Shown here: positions 39,666 through 40,892 of the stretch, piece after piece
Position numbering within the stretch: the stretch's first letter is position 1
Layout of the letters: each line of letters begins with the position of its first letter
Source of the DNA: an uncultured Planctomycetia bacterium
GTDB lineage: Bacteria; Omnitrophota; Gorgyraeia; 1-14-0-20-64-10
Direction: 5' to 3'
Assembly: GCA_964372955.1 (NCBI GenBank)
Contig: CAYJTC010000003.1
Coordinates: 1 to 40,892 of the forward strand
DNA length: 40,892 bases
Notes under the pieces: generated by a model
What the model saw: the letters and a program-made list of their open reading frames with translations, nothing else
What the model was told of the DNA's origin: nothing
Databases searched by the model: none
Program-made: the position numbers and the translations under genes

Positions 39666-39673
39666 GAGCCCCT

Positions 39674-40892
39674 TTAACTGCAGCCAGAGGTGGCCCCGCA
39701 GTTGAAGCATTTGTAGCAGCTGCCGGAGCGAACCATCATCGATCCGCAGTCCGGGCAGGGCGGGGCGTCCACCTGGCCCACGAAGGAATGGCTTTCGGTG
39801 GTGTGCCGGTTCGGCCCCAGATTGGAGCCGGTGCCGGCAGTCGGGGTCGGCTGGGTGACGTCGGCCTGATTGGCCGCCAGGTCGGTCACCGTGGAGGGAG
39901 GGGTCGGCTGTTTGTCGGCCGGCAGGAATTTCAGCGCCATCCAGCGGAAGACGTAGTCCAAGATCGACTGGGCGAACCGGATCTGCGGGTTCGAGGTGAT
40001 TCCGGCTGGCTCGAACCGCATGTGGCTGAACTTTTTGACCAGCGCCTCCAGCGGCACTCCGTACTGAAGAGCCAGGGAGATCGCGGTGGCGAAAGCGTCC
40101 AGCAACCCGGAGATGACAGTCCCTTCCTTGGACATCACGATGAAGATCTCCCCCGGTTTGCCGTCCTCGTAGAGCCCCACCGTCACGTAGCCGTCGTGTC
40201 CGGCGATGGAGAATTTGTGGGTGACCGCGTTGCGTTCGTCCGGCAGGTAGTGCCGCCGGGGCCGGTAGGGACCCGGCTCGGCCGCGACCCTCCCGGCCTC
40301 CGCTTCGGAAGCTTTCTCCTCGGATCCGCCGCTTTTTCCGGTGGAAAGAGGCTGGACCCGCTTGGAGCCGTCCCGGTAGATGGCGATGGCTTTCACGCCC
40401 GCCTTCCAGGCCTCGATGTAGGCCTGCATGATCTCCTCCACCGTGGCGTCCGAGGGGACGTTCACCGTCTTGGAGATCGCTCCACTGATGAACGGCTGGG
40501 TCGCTCCCATCATCCGGACGTGGCCCATGTAATGGATCGAACGGGTGCCCTGGGCCGCTTTGAAGGCGCAGTCGAACACGGCCAAGTGCTTGGGGTCCAG
40601 GCCCGGGGCCCCCTCGATCGTTTCCTCTTTGTCCAGGTAATCGCAGATTGCTTTGATCTGAGCGTCGGAGTAGCCGAGCTTCTTCAAAGCGCGCGGGACC
40701 GTGTTGTTGACGATTTTCATCAAGCCCCCGCCCACCAGCTTCTTGTACTTGATCAGCGCGATGTCCGGCTCCACCCCGGTCGTGTCGCAGTCCATCATGA
40801 AGCCGATGGTGTTGTGGCTGATGAATCCGTTGGCCAGGTAGGTGACATTCTCCGGTATGGAAAGATCATACGTCGGCTGCTCGCCGCCCTCT
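39674..40892 (-). CDS. nrdJ: Adenosylcobalamin-dependent (class II) ribonucleotide reductase, C-terminal part (5' end beyond the right edge)
   Basis: ...SHNTIGFMMDCDTTGVEPDIALIKYKKLVGGG...GAISKTVNVP...AIAIYRDGSK... and a C-terminal zinc finger CPDCGS...CYKCFNCGATSGCS. The reading frame stays open upstream of the track start. Confidence 0.85.
   Translation of the reverse strand, partial: EGGEQPTYDLSIPENVTYLANGFISHNTIGFMMDCDTTGVEPDIALIKYKKLVGGGLMKIVNNTVPRALKKLGYSDAQIKAICDYLDKEETIEGAPGLDPKHLAVFDCAFKAAQGTRSIHYMGHVRMMGATQPFISGAISKTVNVPSDATVEEIMQAYIEAWKAGVKAIAIYRDGSKRVQPLSTGKSGGSEEKASEAEAGRVAAEPGPYRPRRHYLPDERNAVTHKFSIAGHDGYVTVGLYEDGKPGEIFIVMSKEGTVISGLLDAFATAISLALQYGVPLEALVKKFSHMRFEPAGITSNPQIRFAQSILDYVFRWMALKFLPADKQPTPPSTVTDLAANQADVTQPTPTAGTGSNLGPNRHTTESHSFVGQVDAPPCPDCGSMMVRSGSCYKCFNCGATSGCS

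Overview
GC-rich bacterial chromosomal window. I saw no rRNA, tRNA, CRISPR array or transposase. All calls come from reading the ORF translations and the DNA by eye, with no searches run. Content by region follows. (1) 1-13.1 kb, all minus strand: the 5' part of metF, a complete aa3-type haem-copper oxidase operon (DUF420, SCO1, subunits IV/III, a fused CtaA-CtaB, subunits I/II, a cupredoxin, and a dihaem cytochrome c fused to an EB_dh-like domain), a tail-fibre-like secreted protein, and a murein-peptide recycling set (DUF819 permease-like, L-Ala-D/L-Glu epimerase, NlpC/P60), with a divergent VanY-type M15 peptidase. (2) 14-26.6 kb: a PIN/AbrB toxin-antitoxin pair, APC permease, pcm, ferredoxin, greA, a NYN protein, thiolase, VanZ, aminotransferase, a cold-adaptation patch (cspA with a long 5' UTR, a self-contained micro-gene, a fatty-acid desaturase), and an unknown polytopic membrane protein. 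(3) 26.6-39.7 kb: the main candidate for an undescribed system. It is a co-directional type IV filament / T2SS-like locus (GspE/PilB, GspF/PilC, GspG-like pseudopilin, three minor pilins including one with a discoidin domain, a PilM-PilN fusion, PilO, a PilP-like protein). Interleaved with it are four receiver-only response regulators, two soluble histidine kinases with degenerate GGDEF-like C-termini, and an excisionase-type HTH that is free-standing once and fused to a kinase once. No secretin, prepilin peptidase or PilT is in the window. (4) 39.7 kb to the end: the 3' part of convergent nrdJ. Two repeat systems overlie the genes. One is a ~120-bp MITE with 14-bp terminal inverted repeats and 6-7 bp target-site duplications (3 copies). 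The other is a family of inverted heptanucleotide-array hairpins (5 loci). One hairpin encloses a decayed four-helix-bundle (23S-IVS/Avd-like) gene, and another appears to encode the signal peptide of the cupredoxin.
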